Shown: positions 1 through 12,779, numbered from the stretch's first letter. The stretch: DNA of 64,000 bases from the human T2T-CHM13v2.0 reference genome, Homo sapiens (GCF_009914755.1 NC_060931.1), one strand, 5' to 3'. The notes: a model not told the origin generated them from the letters alone. Numbers and translations: made by a program.

Positions 1-35
1 CATACCTGTGATGTCAACCACACCTACTTTGCCAG

Positions 36-403
36 TGTATTAGTCCATTCTCATGCTGCTATAAAGAAATACCCCAGACTGGGTAATTTGTAAAGGAAAG
101 AGGTTTAATTGACTCACAGTTTCACAGGGCTGGGGAGGCCTCAGGAAACTTACAATCATGGTGGAAGGGGAAACAGGCACGTCTTACATGGTGGCAGGTG
201 AGAAGTGAAGTGCAAGCAGGGGAAATGACAGACACTTATAAAACCATCAGATCTCATGAGAACTCACTCATTTCATGAGAACAGCAGGGGGGAAACCGCC
301 CCCAGGATCCAATCACCTCCCACCTGGTCCCTCGACACGTAGGGATTACAGGGATTACAGTTTGAGATATGATTCAGGTGGGGACACAAGCCAAACGTTA
401 CCA
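36..403 (-). mobile_element. Solo LTR, THE1D/MSTA-like (ERVL-MaLR)
   Basis: Begins TGTATTAGTCCATTCTCATGCTGCTATAAAG and ends GGTGGGGACACA..CCAAAC..CA (reverse complement of the THE1/MST consensus); flanks GCCAG/ACCAG match 4/5 as a 5-bp TSD. Confidence 0.9.
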
Positions 404-1269
404 ACCAGCAAGAGTCAGCCATAATTTCTCTTACTTTCCTGTCATGGCTCCAGTGGCTTTATTTATGGGAAAGAACCACTCATCCCCTTTTCTTTCTAAT
501 TAACTCCCAACTCAGACAGGTAGCCTTCTCTAACCAACTCCTGAAGCCTAATTGGGGTTAGGCATTTCTGTTGCCTGTATTTTGAGGATTTTATATATGT
601 ATCTCTTTCCAATTTTAATATTTTTTAAATCGGCCAATTTCTAAAGCTACACATTAGATTTTTTAAGATGGGGACTGGATTTTCCTTTGTAATCCTGCCA
701 CAATGCCTGCTATTTAATAGGTATTTAATACACTTAAGTAAATAGATGAATACATTTATGGTTTTTATCCTCGAGATACATCCACAAATCATAAATCCTC
801 AAGAGAAAAAAATTCTCTGATAATGGTTCATTTGTTCTTGTGGGGGTAGGGGGTGAGAATTACCATATAGGTCATTCATCTTATATTTCTTTTATAATGG
901 CCTAACAAAATCCATTTTTTACCATTGCTTCAAGTTCCCACATTGCTAGTTCACGTTCAGCCCATGGTCAACCAGCTTCTAAATGTTTTCATGCTGTGCA
1001 TAATATCTGGCCATTCTCTAGAGTGTATTTCCACAATTCACTGAGCTATGATCATCCATATTGACTTTTCATTCAGTTTATTCTAAGCCACATTATGAGC
1101 TTGTCAAAACTCTTTAAATGTTTTCTCTGCCCATGAGAGCACAAGACAAGGAGAATATATGTAAAAGGAGCAGGAGAAAAAAATGGTAAAATACTCCTCA
1201 GGCTCTGAAGTCAGGTTCTGGCAACCCTAGAGTTCTTAGAACCTGGGTGCTGGGGGATGGAGGAAACAG

Positions 1270-1430
1270 GCATGCAGAGACCTGGTTTCTGGTCTTGAGT
1301 TCAACATTTATTAGCTGTGTGACTTTTAGTAAGTCACATAACCATTTCTGAGCCCAATGATACTTATACTACATATAGGATTTTTGTGTGATGATGTATA
1401 TTTTAAAAGGTCTGAAAGTTAGGACTGATT
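1270..1430 (+). mobile_element. MIR fragment
   Basis: GACCTGGTTTCTGGTCTTGAGTT..ATTAGCTGTGTGACTTT.AGTAAGTCACATAACCATTTCTGAGCC is the MIR core; boundaries approximate. Confidence 0.65.
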
Positions 1431-1904
1431 AAATGAGAGTATTTTTGTTATACTTGACATTTCAACAACCATACTGATTTACAATCAATAGGGAAATAAT
1501 CTCTGCTCACTGCCCACCTTTTTCTGGATCTCCTCCTTCTCCTCACAATTATCTCCCTAAAACTTGTGAATTACATACCTACTCTAGTAAAATCACTAAA
1601 CCAAGTCCTACAGTAACCTGTTAACTAACCAACCAAAGAGTGTGGGAAAACCCACTCTATTTAGCCTCAAAGGCTTACAAAACACTCCTACAATAAAAGA
1701 TAAACTGAACACAAGTATCTATACGATAAGTGGCGAGTGAGCATTCCCAGTACTTGCTATTAGAGGTGTAATGATCTAGGACAGCTTCAGGCAAAGATTA
1801 TTCCCACCTGGAACTTGAAGTTTTAGTAGAATTCTAATCAGTGGAGATAACAAAAAAGGATATTCCACAGGGGAAGAGATGGCAGGTGCAAAGTTCAGAG
1901 GTAA

Positions 1905-2410
1905 AATTTGTAGACCCATGTTCATAGCAGCATAATTCACGATAGCCAAAATACACAACCAAACAGTATTCATTGAAAGATGAATGGATAAACAAAATGT
2001 GGTATATACATAGAATGGAATATTTTTCAGCCTGAAAAATGAGGGACGTTCTGACAAATGCTACAATATAGATGAACCTTGAGGACATTATGCTTAGGGA
2101 AATAATTTGTCATGAAAGGATTTAATGTACAATTTTACTTAGGTAAAATAAATCTAGAGTAGTCAAATTCATAAAAACAGAAAGTAGAATGGTGGTTGCC
2201 AGGGCAACCAATCTACTGGGGAAATGGGGATTTTTTGTTTAATGGGCATAGAGTTTCAGTTTTGCAAGAATTAAAAGGTAGTTGTGATGGTTGCATAAGA
2301 AATGGTGGTGCTGGTTGCACAACCATGTGAATATAATTAATGCCACTGAACTATACATTTAAAAATAGATAAGAAGGTAAGTTTTATGTTATGCGTGTTT
2401 TACCATAGTT
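1905..2410 (+). mobile_element. Old L1 (L1MB-like) 3' end
   Basis: ATGTTCATAGCAGCATAATTCAC..GAATGGATAAACAAAATGTGGTATATACAT..GAACCTTGAGGACATTATGCT..GAAAGTAGAATGGTGGTTGCCAGGG..GCCACTGAACTATACATTTAAAA. Confidence 0.85.
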
Positions 2411-2829
2411 CTTTTTCAAAGGTCGGAGGTAGAAAAGGGTGATTTAGAGAAAAATAAATAGATGGATTTGGCTAAAGCCTAAGTTTCTGAATCCTAGAAA
2501 GATTCAGATTGGATCACAGAAAGTCTTCAGAGAACACTGAAAATTGCTCATGAAGAATTACTGAAGGCTTCTGAGTGGGAGAAGGACATTGTTGGAACTG
2601 TGCTTTGGGAAGCTGAGACTGGCAGTGGTATGCAGGTTGGCTTAGGAAGCCCAAAGGTGAAGGCAGGATCCCAATGTGATGACCTGTCATTACTTAAGGA
2701 GTGACATTGTGAAGGCGTAAAAGAGGATGGTGGAAGAGGGCATGAAAAGGATGGGGCTTGGTGGAAAACTAAGATTACCTGGGGACTGACTAATTGAAGG
2801 TAGGGAATGGAGTAACGGGTATTAGAGGT

Positions 2830-3182
2830 TGTATTAGATTGTTCTCATGCTGCTAATAAAGACATATCCAGGACTGGGTAATTTATAAAGGAAAGAGGTT
2901 TAATTCACTTCATAGCTCCACATGGCTGGGGAGGCCTCACCATCATGGCAGGAAGTGAAGGTCTTACATGGCAGCAGGCAAGAGACAGCTTGTACAGGGG
3001 AACTCCCATTTTAATAAACCCATCAGATCTTGTGAGACTTACTTACCACCACAAGAACAGTATGAGGGAAACCGCCCCCATGATTCAATTCCCTCCACCT
3101 GGCACCTGGCTCTGCCCATGACATGTGGGGATTATTACAATTCAAGGTGAGATTTGGGTAAGGACACAAACAAATTATATCA
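2830..3182 (-). mobile_element. Solo LTR, THE1B/C-like
   Basis: TGTATTAG...TATCA termini, THE1 internal motifs, perfect 5-bp TSD GAGGT (2825-2829 / 3183-3187); sits in an L2-like remnant. Confidence 0.92.
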
Positions 3183-3831
3183 GAGGTGTTCCAAAATTGT
3201 GTCTGAGAGACTTGAAAACCAACTGTATTATCAAAAATGGCAACATTAATAGCTTGTTTTATTTGGTTTCAAGGTGCTGAATTGATTTCAAGACATGTTG
3301 AATTTGAGAAGATCATGAACTACATAAAAGAAAATACCCATCAGGCGATTGGTGTCCAACAAACGATCAGGACTTGAGATAAATGCCCAAGAGTCATCTC
3401 CTAAGGAGTAGAAAGTAGGCTATAAACATAAGAGGAGAAGGGAAGGAACAGTACGGAAAGCCCCCACTAGGCCAGGTACCCAGTGAGAAATTTCTGAGGC
3501 CTCCAGAGCACAACCCTGTGGCATAGGTGGGAATATCGATGCCAATCATAATCCCCAGAAAAACCACAATCTTGAATGTCATAATACCTAATATTAAAAT
3601 CCTGAAAGATCAAAACCCCTAAAGTCTAAAATCCCTAACATTTGAAATCCCAAAAGATTGAAATCCTAAAAGCCAAATTCTGGGGAAGGGATTAGTGCAT
3701 TTCCAGGTGTAGCAGGACAGCTGCATCACGTTAGGAGAAACTACTACGTTTTATTGTTTTTATTTGTATTTGGCAGAAAATTCAGATGAGTGGATCGGCC
3801 ACTCCCTTGGGTAACAATAAAAACTTCAGTG

Positions 3832-4012
3832 TATTTATTTTTTATTTTTATGTAGATACCGGGTCTCACCATGTTGCCCAGGCTGGAGTGCAGTGTCTAG
3901 ACACAGATGCAGTCATAGCTCACTGCAGCTTCAAACTCCTGGGCTCAAGCAATCCTCCCACCTCAGCCTCCCAAGTAGCTGGGACTATAGACATGCACCA
4001 CCAAGCCAGGCC
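3832..4012 (-). mobile_element. FAM (fossil Alu monomer)
   Basis: Single monomer carrying the FAM-type segment (rc ..TGCATCTGTGTCTAGACACTGCACTCCAGCC); near-TSD AAACTTCAGT / AAACTTTCAGT. Confidence 0.8.
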
Positions 4013-4191
4013 AAACTTTCAGTTTAAAAATGTGTCATTTTTCTGCACTGGCACTCTTTCCAGCTGACAATGGATGGATAAAAGCCACATTTGCCTAAAG
4101 AAGCCAGCAAAGTTACTGTTTCAGAAATAATTCTGTGCATTGTAGGATGAAAAGACACTTAAGCAACAGTGTTGCTGTTCGATTACCAGTA

Positions 4192-4398
4192 TTGTTTCCA
4201 CCAAATTTGTGGTCTGTATACCAGTGCATGTGTAATAAATTTCTGAGTATCCAAAGCAACATAGAAGCATGGCACAGAAGATGAGAAACTTTAACAGGGA
4301 ATGGTCAAATTGGTGCGTATTGAATCATGGAAGAATTTCAAAAAGAGTAGTGTCACATAGAAAATGAATATGAACGTATTCTCCAAGGAGAGCCATGC
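4192..4398 (+). pseudogene. Fossil MULE transposase fragment within Ricksha
   Basis: Manual translation LFPPNLWSVYQCMCNKFLSIQSNIEAWHRR*ETLTGNGQIGAY*IMEEFQKE*CHIENEYERILQGEP; SNIEAWH resembles the MULE T-N-N-x-x-E-x-W-H catalytic-Glu motif; three in-frame stops. Confidence 0.65.
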
Positions 4399-5052
4399 CC
4401 CACCCCTCCCCCCAACAAAAAAATCAGCTATTCATTGCAATGCAATACTTTAAAATACAGTTGATCCTTGAACAACATGGATTTGAACTACATAGGTCCA
4501 CTTATACATGGATTTATTTCAATAAATATATTGGAAAAGATTTTGGAGATTTACAACAATTTGAGAAATTTCACAGACAAACTCCACAGCCTGGGAATAT
4601 CCAAAAATTAAGAAAAAGTTAGCTATGTCATGAATGCATAAGAAATACATGTAGATACTAGCCTATTATATTATTTTCTGCCATAAAATATGCTTATATC
4701 TATTACAAAAAGTTAAAATGTATCTAAACTTATGTACACAAACACTTATAGATGATACATGTGCCATTCAGTCAAGTAAACAAATGTAAAGTTGCAGTAT
4801 TAAATCATAACTGCACAAAATCAACTGTAGTACACACTGTACTACTGTAATAAGTTTGTAGCCATCTCCTGTTGCTATTACAGTGAGGTCAAGTGTTGCA
4901 AGTATCCACTTAAAATGCCATGTGACACTAATCATCTCTGCATGAGCAATTGTCTTTCCAGTAAATTGCACGTCACAGTGAAAAGTGATTTCTCGAGATT
5001 CTCCTATATTTTTCTGATGTTTAGTGCATTACCATAAACCCTGACTAACACC

Positions 5053-6560
5053 ATGGGACCCATGTGAAATGTTACTGGTGATGTTGGAAGTGCTCCCAAG
5101 AAGCAGAGAAAAGTCATGACATTACAAGAAAAAATTGGATTTCTTGATATGTACTGTAGATTGAGGTCTACTGCTGTGGTTGCCCACCATTTCAAGATAA
5201 ATGAATCCAGTGAAAAACCATTATAGAAAAAGGACAAAAGAATGTGAAGCCATTGCTGCAGCTATGCCAGCAGGCATGATAACTTGGCAGTTGTTTTGAA
5301 ATACCTTTTTAACTCGTATCAAAAATGCAGCTTTTATGTGGGTGCAGGATTGCTACAAGAAAGGCATACTGCTAGGTTCTAATATGATTCAAGGAAAAAC
5401 AAGTCATTATATGCCAACTTAAAGCAAAAGGAAGGTGAAGGATCTGAAGGTAGAGAAGTTAATGCCAGCAAAGGATGGTTTGATAATTTTAGAAAGAGAT
5501 TTGACTTTAAAAGTGTCAAGATAACAGGAGAAGCAGCTTCTACCAACCAAGAGTTAGCAGATGAGTTCCCAGACACCTTTTAAGAAAATCATTGAGGGGA
5601 ACGAATATCTGCCTGAACAGGTTTTTGTTGCAGACAAAAGTGCTCTATTCTGGGGGAAAAAAATGTCACAAAGGACCTGTATGAGTAAGGAAGAGAAGTG
5701 AGCACCAGGAATGAAGGCGGGCAGGAAGAGGCAAACCCTACTGTTTTGTGCAAATGCAGTCAGGTTTATGACTGGAACTGCCCTTATCTATAAAGCTGCT
5801 AACCTCTAAGCTTTGAAGAACAAAGATAAATACCAGCTGCCAGTCTTTTGGTTGTACAACAAGAAGACCTCAACAATGAGAACCTTTTTCTAGAATGATT
5901 ACATCAATGCTTTGTCCCTGATGTCAGGAAGTACTTTGCCAGTAATGAACTTTTAAAGTTATTTTGATATTGGACAATTTCCTTGGCTACCCACAACCCC
6001 ATGGATTCAACACTAAAGGTGTCAAAGCGCTCTACTATTCCCCAAAGTCAATGTCTCTAATTCAGCCTCAGATCAGGGAGTCATAAGGACCTTTATGCCT
6101 CATTACACACAGTACTCTATGGAAAGGATTGCCAACACTGCAAAAGAGAACCCCAATAGAGGGACCATCATGAAAGCCTGGAAGGAGTACACCACTGAAG
6201 ATGCCATCATTGTTAGAGAAAAGGTTGTGAAAGCCATCAGCTCAAAACAACAAATTCCTGCTGGAGAAAACTGTGTCCAGATGTTGTGCATGACTTCACA
6301 GGATTTAAAAAAGAGCCAATCAAGGAAATCATTAATGAGATTGCGAATATGGCAAACACAAAGAAGGTGCAGGGTGAAGGATTTCAAGATATGGATCTTA
6401 GAGAAATTCTGAACCATTCCCAAGCAATGAAGAAGAGGATGTAGGCAAAGCAGTGCCAGAAAACAAATTGATATTAGACAATCTGGAAGAAGGGCTCTAA
6501 TTATCCAAGACTCCTTTTGACTTCTTTTATGACACAGGCCTTTCTATGATACGGGTGCTG
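5053..6560 (+). pseudogene. Degenerate Tigger2 (pogo-family DDD) transposase
   Basis: Fragments KKQRKVMTLQEK (CENP-B-like HTH), NASKGWFDNFRKRF, QVFVADKSALFW, ILILDN and QP.DQGVIRTF, broken by stops and frameshifts; 3' end approximate. Confidence 0.8.
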
Positions 6561-6579
6561 AAGCTAAAGTAAATGGTGG

Positions 6580-7278
6580 TGTATTAAGTCTGTTTTCAAA
6601 CTGCTGTAAAGAATACTACCTGAGGCCGGGTGAGGTGGCTTACACCTGTAATCCCAGCACTTTGGGAGGCTGAGGCGAGCAGATCACGAGGTCAGGAGAT
6701 CAAGACCATCTTCGCTAATATGGTGAAATCCCGTCTCTACTAAAAATACGAAAAATTAGCCAGGTGTGGTGGCACATGCCTATAGTCCCAACTACTTGGG
6801 AGGCTGAGGCAGAAGAATCACTTGAACCCAAGGAGGCGGAGGTTGCAGTGAGCCAAAATCGGGCCACAGCACTCCAGCCTTGGGGACAGAGCAAGACTCC
6901 AAATAAAAAAAAAAAAAAAAAAAAAAAGAATACTACCTGAGACTGGGCAATTATAAGGGAAAGAGGTTTAATTGACTCACAGTTCCACAGGCTTAACAGG
7001 AAGCATGCTAGGGAGGCCTCAGGAAACTTACAATCATGGTGGAAGGAGAAGCAGGCACCTTCTTCCCAAGGCGGCAGGAAAGAGAATGAACACAAGTGCA
7101 GGAAAAACTGCCACTTTTAAAATCATCAGGTCTCATGAGACTCACTCACTATCATGAGAACAGCATGGGGGAAACTGCCTCTGTGATCCAGTCATTTCCC
7201 ACCAGGTCTCCCCCTCAATACACCAGGATTACAATTCAAGATGAGATTTGGGTGGGGACACAAAGTCTAACTATATCA
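6580..7278 (-). mobile_element. MSTA solo LTR nested in Tigger2, split by an Alu
   Basis: TGTATT...TATATCA termini; perfect TSD GGTGG (6575-6579 / 7279-7283); MSTA-type AGGAAGCATG..GGGAGGCCTCAGGAAACTTAC. Confidence 0.92.
6624..6924 (+). mobile_element. Alu (AluSc/Sc8-like) nested in MSTA
   Basis: Full dimer with A tail; GAGATCAAGACCATC variant; TSD AAAGAATACTACCTGA on both sides (6608-6623 / 6925-6940). Confidence 0.95.
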
Positions 7279-9589
7279 GGTGGAAAAAGGATTGGTAAGA
7301 TGTAAAAATATTTTTAGAGAAACAAAAAGTCAGGCAAAAATTAAGGTGTATTTTCGTAAAATTATACCAATTGTGTCTGCCTCTCCTGACTCTCCTTCCA
7401 CTTCCTTCACTCTTTCACCTCTGCCACCCCTGAGAGAGCAAGACCAGCCCTTCCTCTTTCTCCTCCTCCTGAGCATACTCAACATGAAGACAAGGCAGAT
7501 GAAGAGTTTATGATGATTCACTTCCTAGAATAAATATATTTTCTCTTCCTTATGATTTTCTTAACAATATTTTCTTTTCTCTAGCTTATATTTATTGTGG
7601 AATACTATATATATATATATCACATATAACAAACAAAATATGTGTTGACTATTTACATTATCAGCGAGGCCTCTGGTCAACAGCGGGCTATTTGCTAAGT
7701 TTTAGGAGAGTCAGAAGTTAGATGCAGATTTTCAACTGTGCAGGGAATTGGCATCTGTAACCCTCGTGTTGTTCAAGGGCCAAATGTATAGCTAATAATT
7801 GTAAAAGTTGACATCATCTCTTATGGACCTGTCTCTAATCTATCTCTGTAATATATTTTCATATGTCAAATTTTCTTTTTAGTTGCTGGAGGGTTTTGTT
7901 TCCTTTTTGTTGTTGTTGTTTCTTACAATTTTACAATTTTAAATTGTCAGCATTATTTTTTACAATTTGCTATGCTATGTTGCTACGTATCTCATCTTTG
8001 CTTTATTTCCAATACTGGAGATATACATTGTGTAAAGACTTTTCGAGTTATAACTTGTTTTATACATTTTTGCAAATTTCACTCCAGGAAAGCACACTAT
8101 CACAATGTTGACTTTGTGTGTAAGCATTGTTCATGTATGTAAAAACATTACAACTTCCTCAATAAATGAAGGAATATGTGGTGTTGACCCATTATAGTTT
8201 TAGATGGATCTCATCAAAAGACTTAGATTGTCTGTCACAGTATTTCAGATGATCGCAGTCAAGAAGCCGACGGCACACAATTACCAACCATAGTGATAAG
8301 CATCGATACATTTTGCTTTTTTATTTATTTATTATGAATAGGGTTTGCCTGCTAGTAACTGTTATACTTGTGCAACTGTCACTACTATACCTGCTTATAC
8401 TTACAAAAATATGTATGTTATTATTGCCTTTTTATTATGTAAAGTGGCCTATGAAGGGTTCTTTCATGTTTTTATGTTTCAAGTAAATCCCTTTTTAAAA
8501 GAGTAAATAAATGTCTTTAAAACGTTTTTAAATTATTTTTTCCAGAGTTACATTTTTGGGATTTTGATCGCTCAGGATTTCAACATTCAGGATTATGGCT
8601 TTCAGGATTATGGCCCAAACCCAGTGATAATCTCACTTACAGGAATGGAAATTGAGGCATAGAAAGGCTAACTTGCTTGCCCAATTCCACAGGCAAATAA
8701 GAAGAGGCAGGACCAGAAAGAGCGTGCATGATGAACTGAACCCAGAGCCCATGCTCCTCCCAGACTATTCCATGCCAACTGTTTGGGAAGACACATATCC
8801 TGGTTCCAGCTCTGCAGATTATGTGCTGTGTGGCCCTCAGGAAACATCTTGTCTGAAACTCAATTTATTCTGCAAAAATACACATTGTAAGTTATTAAAT
8901 GCAATTATTAAGTTCTTTTCTAATGCTAAGATTCAAAGTCTGTAAATTTGGATTGAAGATGCCGGAATGAATAATCTATCTGAAAGACCATCAAGAAAGA
9001 GAAACAGAGATAAGAAAAGGGTATAAATAACAAAAGGTTGAGGTAAAGAAGGTCTACCATTAGAACAAGTGAAGAGAGAGAGCCAAGAAGGCAGAGAGAG
9101 TGAGCAATGAGAGATGAAGAAAGAGGGTCAAGGTAGTGTTCCTTTATAAAGGTCATGAAAGAAACACTTTCACAAGAGGCAGACAATAGGGTCAAGAAAG
9201 ATAAAGTTTGATATTAGACCATCAGGTTCAGCCATGGTGGGTGCAGAAAGGGTGGACCCTGAATAACGTAGGGACACAGATCAGATTGCAAGATTTTGGG
9301 AAGAAAGTGATTAATGAGAAAATGAAAATGAATATAGCATTGCTTGTTTGAAGTTTGAGTGTGATTCATATTTCATTTATTTTTATGGTTAAGTTATTGG
9401 AAAACTTTTAAAAGCATTTTTAGAATTAAGAGGTAAGAAAAGCTTTTCACCTGGGGGTTGAAACCTGGACTTCAGATCTGCTTTTGTAAGTAGCTGTGTG
9501 CATGGTCAAGAAACAGCCCAACTAAATTTCCATTCCTCAATCAGAAAAGTTCCCGACTTCTTAACATGAAAGTTGTACCCCAGGTTTGC

Positions 9590-9750
9590 AGATTTAGTTT
9601 CCAACAGTCCTGCAAGGTAGGTTTTATTGTCAGTCCCTTTTTATAGATGATGGGACAAAGACAGAGAGGATTACCTAAACTTACTTGAGGACACATAGTT
9701 AGAAGGTGTTAAAGATGGGCAGTTTAAGCTGGGATCCCAGTGAGTAGCAA
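9590..9750 (-). mobile_element. MIR fragment
   Basis: CAACAGTCCTGCAAGGTAGG..CCCTTTTTATAGATGA..ACAGAGAGG..CACATAGTTAG. Confidence 0.65.
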
Positions 9751-9924
9751 GCAGATGAAAAGTCACTCAATATTTTAATTTACTTGTGCCATATTGTTCT
9801 AAGTAAAATAAATTCTCACTACTTCTTAAGCTTTGTGAAATACAGAAACCAGCTTGACTTCCATTTTTATCTTCAGAAATGCCCAAGGTGCTGTGAATCC
9901 CATACTGGGAGTTCTTGAAATCCT

Positions 9925-10052
9925 TATTCTGAAAAGTGTGGTTTACAGACTGGCAACATCAGCATTACCTGGGAGCTTGTCAGAAATACAGGGGTTCAGG
10001 TCCCATCCCAGACCTACTGAATCAGAATTTGCATTTTTTAGCTAGATTCTCT
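9925..10052. mobile_element. MER5A (hAT-Charlie) fragment
   Basis: CATCAGCATTACCTGGGAGCTTGTCAGAAAT..CCCAGACCTACTGAATCAGAATTTGCATTTT. Confidence 0.8.
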
Positions 10053-10070
10053 GAGTAGCACAAATTTCAA

Positions 10071-10076
<6 letters not shown>

Positions 10077-10111
<35 letters not shown>
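10077..10111. repeat. (TC)n microsatellite
   Basis: Uninterrupted TC run seen directly. Confidence 0.95.
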
Positions 10112-10113
<2 letters not shown>

Positions 10114-11617
10114 GCTCTCTCTCCCTCTTTCTCTTCCAGTTCTGGTGTTCTATCCTGACTCTATCAATTTGCTCTCCTCCTTTCCTCAGCATATTGACTT
10201 GTCCAGCAGAGCTTGTTTTGCAGAATTCATCCAGGAATATTTATTTGGCACCCAATATCCTATGTTCTCTTATCAAATGAAGAAGTTATTTTCCTTAAAT
10301 ATAACCTTTATTGGTTTTCACAGTTCTCTAGTTCCAGACTTGACCAAATGCTATCTGTTATGCCCATAATGTGACACACAGGTCTTTAATGGCATAAGGC
10401 TAGGCTTTGCTGTTTCTTGAGTCCTGAAAGATGTGCATGGAGATCATTTCTCTACCACTTATCTTCAGATATTTTGATACTTTTGCATACCTTTATTGCC
10501 TGCTAACTGAATTACTACAAGTCCTTTCTAACTGGTCCACTGCCAACTTCTATTAGCAGATTTTCCTGTATTGAAATTGCTGCTGCCTATCAGGCAGCAC
10601 CATCTATTCCAACGTTCGTTCAAAATCACCCTCTTCTAAAGGTATTGGCTTTCATTTCCGACTAGTATTGATTTTGGACCAATGGGCGACACCCTATACT
10701 GCTTAGAGTTCCTGTCTTCCCACTTTGCTGTTCGAAGATAGGACTCCACGTCGTGGAACTCCAAGTCAAAGAATCACATCCAGTGGAATCTGGGAGGCCT
10801 TCTTTCTTCCTACTTGCTTTTAAAGCAAACTCAAAAGACATGGCTGTTTGGTGACTGTTCTGTTACTCACAGGTTTCCTGGCTGCATTGGGGTGGTTGAT
10901 GAACTAGCCCCACAGGTTTATTATATACACACTGAGTAGTGTCATTATAAGGAAGTGCCTGTCACAATTTCCATTACACTCTCCTGTTTTAAGGGACCTA
11001 ACATACAGCCATAAAATTTACTTTTGACTGAAACTTGGCATGTCTCAATCCAGTGCCTACTCACTACTTTTCATAAACAGCATAAAATTATATTATGCTC
11101 CCCAAATGCTAGTTCACTCACAATATTTTTATGTACAGAAGAACAAAGATGCTACTTCTCTATCTCAGAATGTTCATTCATTGTTTTTCTAAATTGAAAA
11201 TATGAATATGATAAACTTGAATGAAACTGTGCTATAGGGCACAAGAAATTTCATAACGTCTGATTGATTTATAAACCTCATGCTACATCTTCAAGAATTA
11301 GCAGTGATGATTACATTAAATGCTATGATATATATACTCATGTAATTTTATGTAAATAGCCTAAAGAAGAATTATAAAACTATAAAACAACACATTTTGA
11401 GGCAGTTATATCCAGCAACCCACCATATTTATAGCTTTTTCTTAGTTTTGTTTCAGTAGCGTAGGAGTAAAAAGAGAGGTAGAGAAAGAACATGAACATG
11501 CCACTTTTATGGCTGAATTTCCAGATGGGTAAATATATTATAAGAAAACCTGGATGTGGAAACAAAAGCCACCAAGAACCCTATTTATAATGAGAAATAC
11601 TCCACCAAATAAACGAC

Positions 11618-12064
11618 TGTGGTAGATTGAATAATGACCTCCAGTGATGTTCATGTCTTAATCCCTGGAACCTATAATGTTACCTACTTACATAGCTAAA
11701 GAGACTTTGCAGAGGTGATTCAATTGATTTTGCATGGGGAGATTATCCTGGATTATCTGACGCACGCAGTGTAATCACAGGAGTCCTTATCAGAGTGAGG
11801 CAGGAAAGCCAGAGCCAGGGTAGGGGATGAGACAATGGAAGCCACAGGTCAGAATGATGTACAGCCATGAATTAAGAAATCATCAGCTTCTAGAAGGTGG
11901 AAAAATCCAGGAAACATTCTCCCTAGAACCTCCAAAGGTAGGCACCCTGCTGACACCTTGATTTTAGGGTTTCTGACCTCCAAAACTTAAGAGAATACAT
12001 TTGTGTTGCTTTACACCACCAAGTTGGTGGCAATCTGTTACAGCAGCAATAGGAAAGGTATACA
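11618..12064 (+). mobile_element. MLT1D-like solo LTR
   Basis: TGTGGTAG..AATAATG..CTTAATCCCTGGAACCT..GGGAGATTATCCTGGATTATC..GACACCTTGATTTTAG..TTACAGCAGCAATAGGAAA..TACA. Confidence 0.85.
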
Positions 12065-12342
12065 AATACTTTTGGAAATTAAAAATACCAGGAAGAAGAA
12101 CACAGATGAGTCCATTACTTTTGAATGTTAGGATTTGTTAATGTATTTCAGAGATATAAAAGGAAACGCTTTGGGAAATCTATTTCTTAAAAACCTTTGA
12201 ACTGCTTTTATTTATCAATGATTACTCTTTTACTTATTACTTTTTCTTTACTAGTAAGCTTATTTTAATTGCTCTGGTTCAAGAATTGGGTTACATAGTT
12301 CTATTACGTACCTGAGGTGATCACCCAAAAGTAGCGGCTGCT

Positions 12343-12385
12343 TGTTTGTACTTCGTGACGCATGGCTGACGGGATGACTCACGGC
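12343..12385. promoter_or_regulatory. Candidate AP-1/CRE enhancer core
   Basis: TGACG (12356), TGACG (12367) and TGACTCA (12375-12381) within 26 bp, with retained CpGs, in non-repeat DNA; function is inferred. Confidence 0.35.
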
Positions 12386-12779
12386 TAAGTGCAGCCTCCT
12401 TCATTGGTAGGAAGGACACGGAAAACATTTAGCTCTCAAAGGCCTTTTAAGTTGCTTCTGGTAACGCATGTATGGCTAAGCACATTTATTCAACTCTATA
12501 TTCTTCTACCAGATGTATATTAGACTTAGAAGCACAACCCATGTAACTATCTCTTTCAGCTAAGAGAAAATCCCCAGTCCTCTGCTCACCTGTGTAAGGG
12601 TAAGAGAGAAATGAAGGGATGCACCAGCTCCTGACAAAACCCCAGAGCATAGGTTGTCCTGGATATAAGAATTTGTCATGTTCACTTTCTTTATCAAATA
12701 ATTTTAACAAAAAATGAAGTAGGTGTTCAGCTACATTGTGACCAGATCATAAAATTGATGAGTCTCCAAATTACCTTAA

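Larger units (their letters stand above)
4458..7786 (+). mobile_element. Near full-length Tigger2 (TcMar-Tigger), interrupted by MSTA and Alu
   Basis: TIRs CAGTTGATCCTTGAACAACA / TGTTGTTCAAGGGCCAAATG, TA dinucleotide on both sides (4456-57, 7787-88); about 2.6 kb after removing inserts. Confidence 0.92.
3540..8622 (+). mobile_element. Ricksha (MuDR/Mutator-like DNA transposon), interrupted by FAM and Tigger2
   Basis: Left end ATCATAATCCC..AAAATCCTGAAAGATCAAAACCCCTAAAGTCTAAAATCCC; right end GGGATTTTGATC..GGATTTCAACATTCAGGATTATGG..CCCAAACCC (8622) is its inverted counterpart; internal MULE-like coding remnant. Left boundary approximate. Confidence 0.8.

Noticed and set aside
36-3182. Two THE1-type LTRs 2.4 kb apart as one provirus
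   Set aside because: Different subtypes, each with its own TSD, and the interior is MIR/L1/L2 rather than THE1-int
3526-3537. TSD for Ricksha (GGTGGGAATATC vs AGTGATAATCTC at 8623)
   Set aside because: Only 8/12 identity and the left terminus is too decayed to place
3545-3680. AAATCCC/AAATCCT iterations as a CRISPR-like or telomere-like array
   Set aside because: They are the subterminal repeats of the Ricksha end, without unique spacers; the DNA is primate
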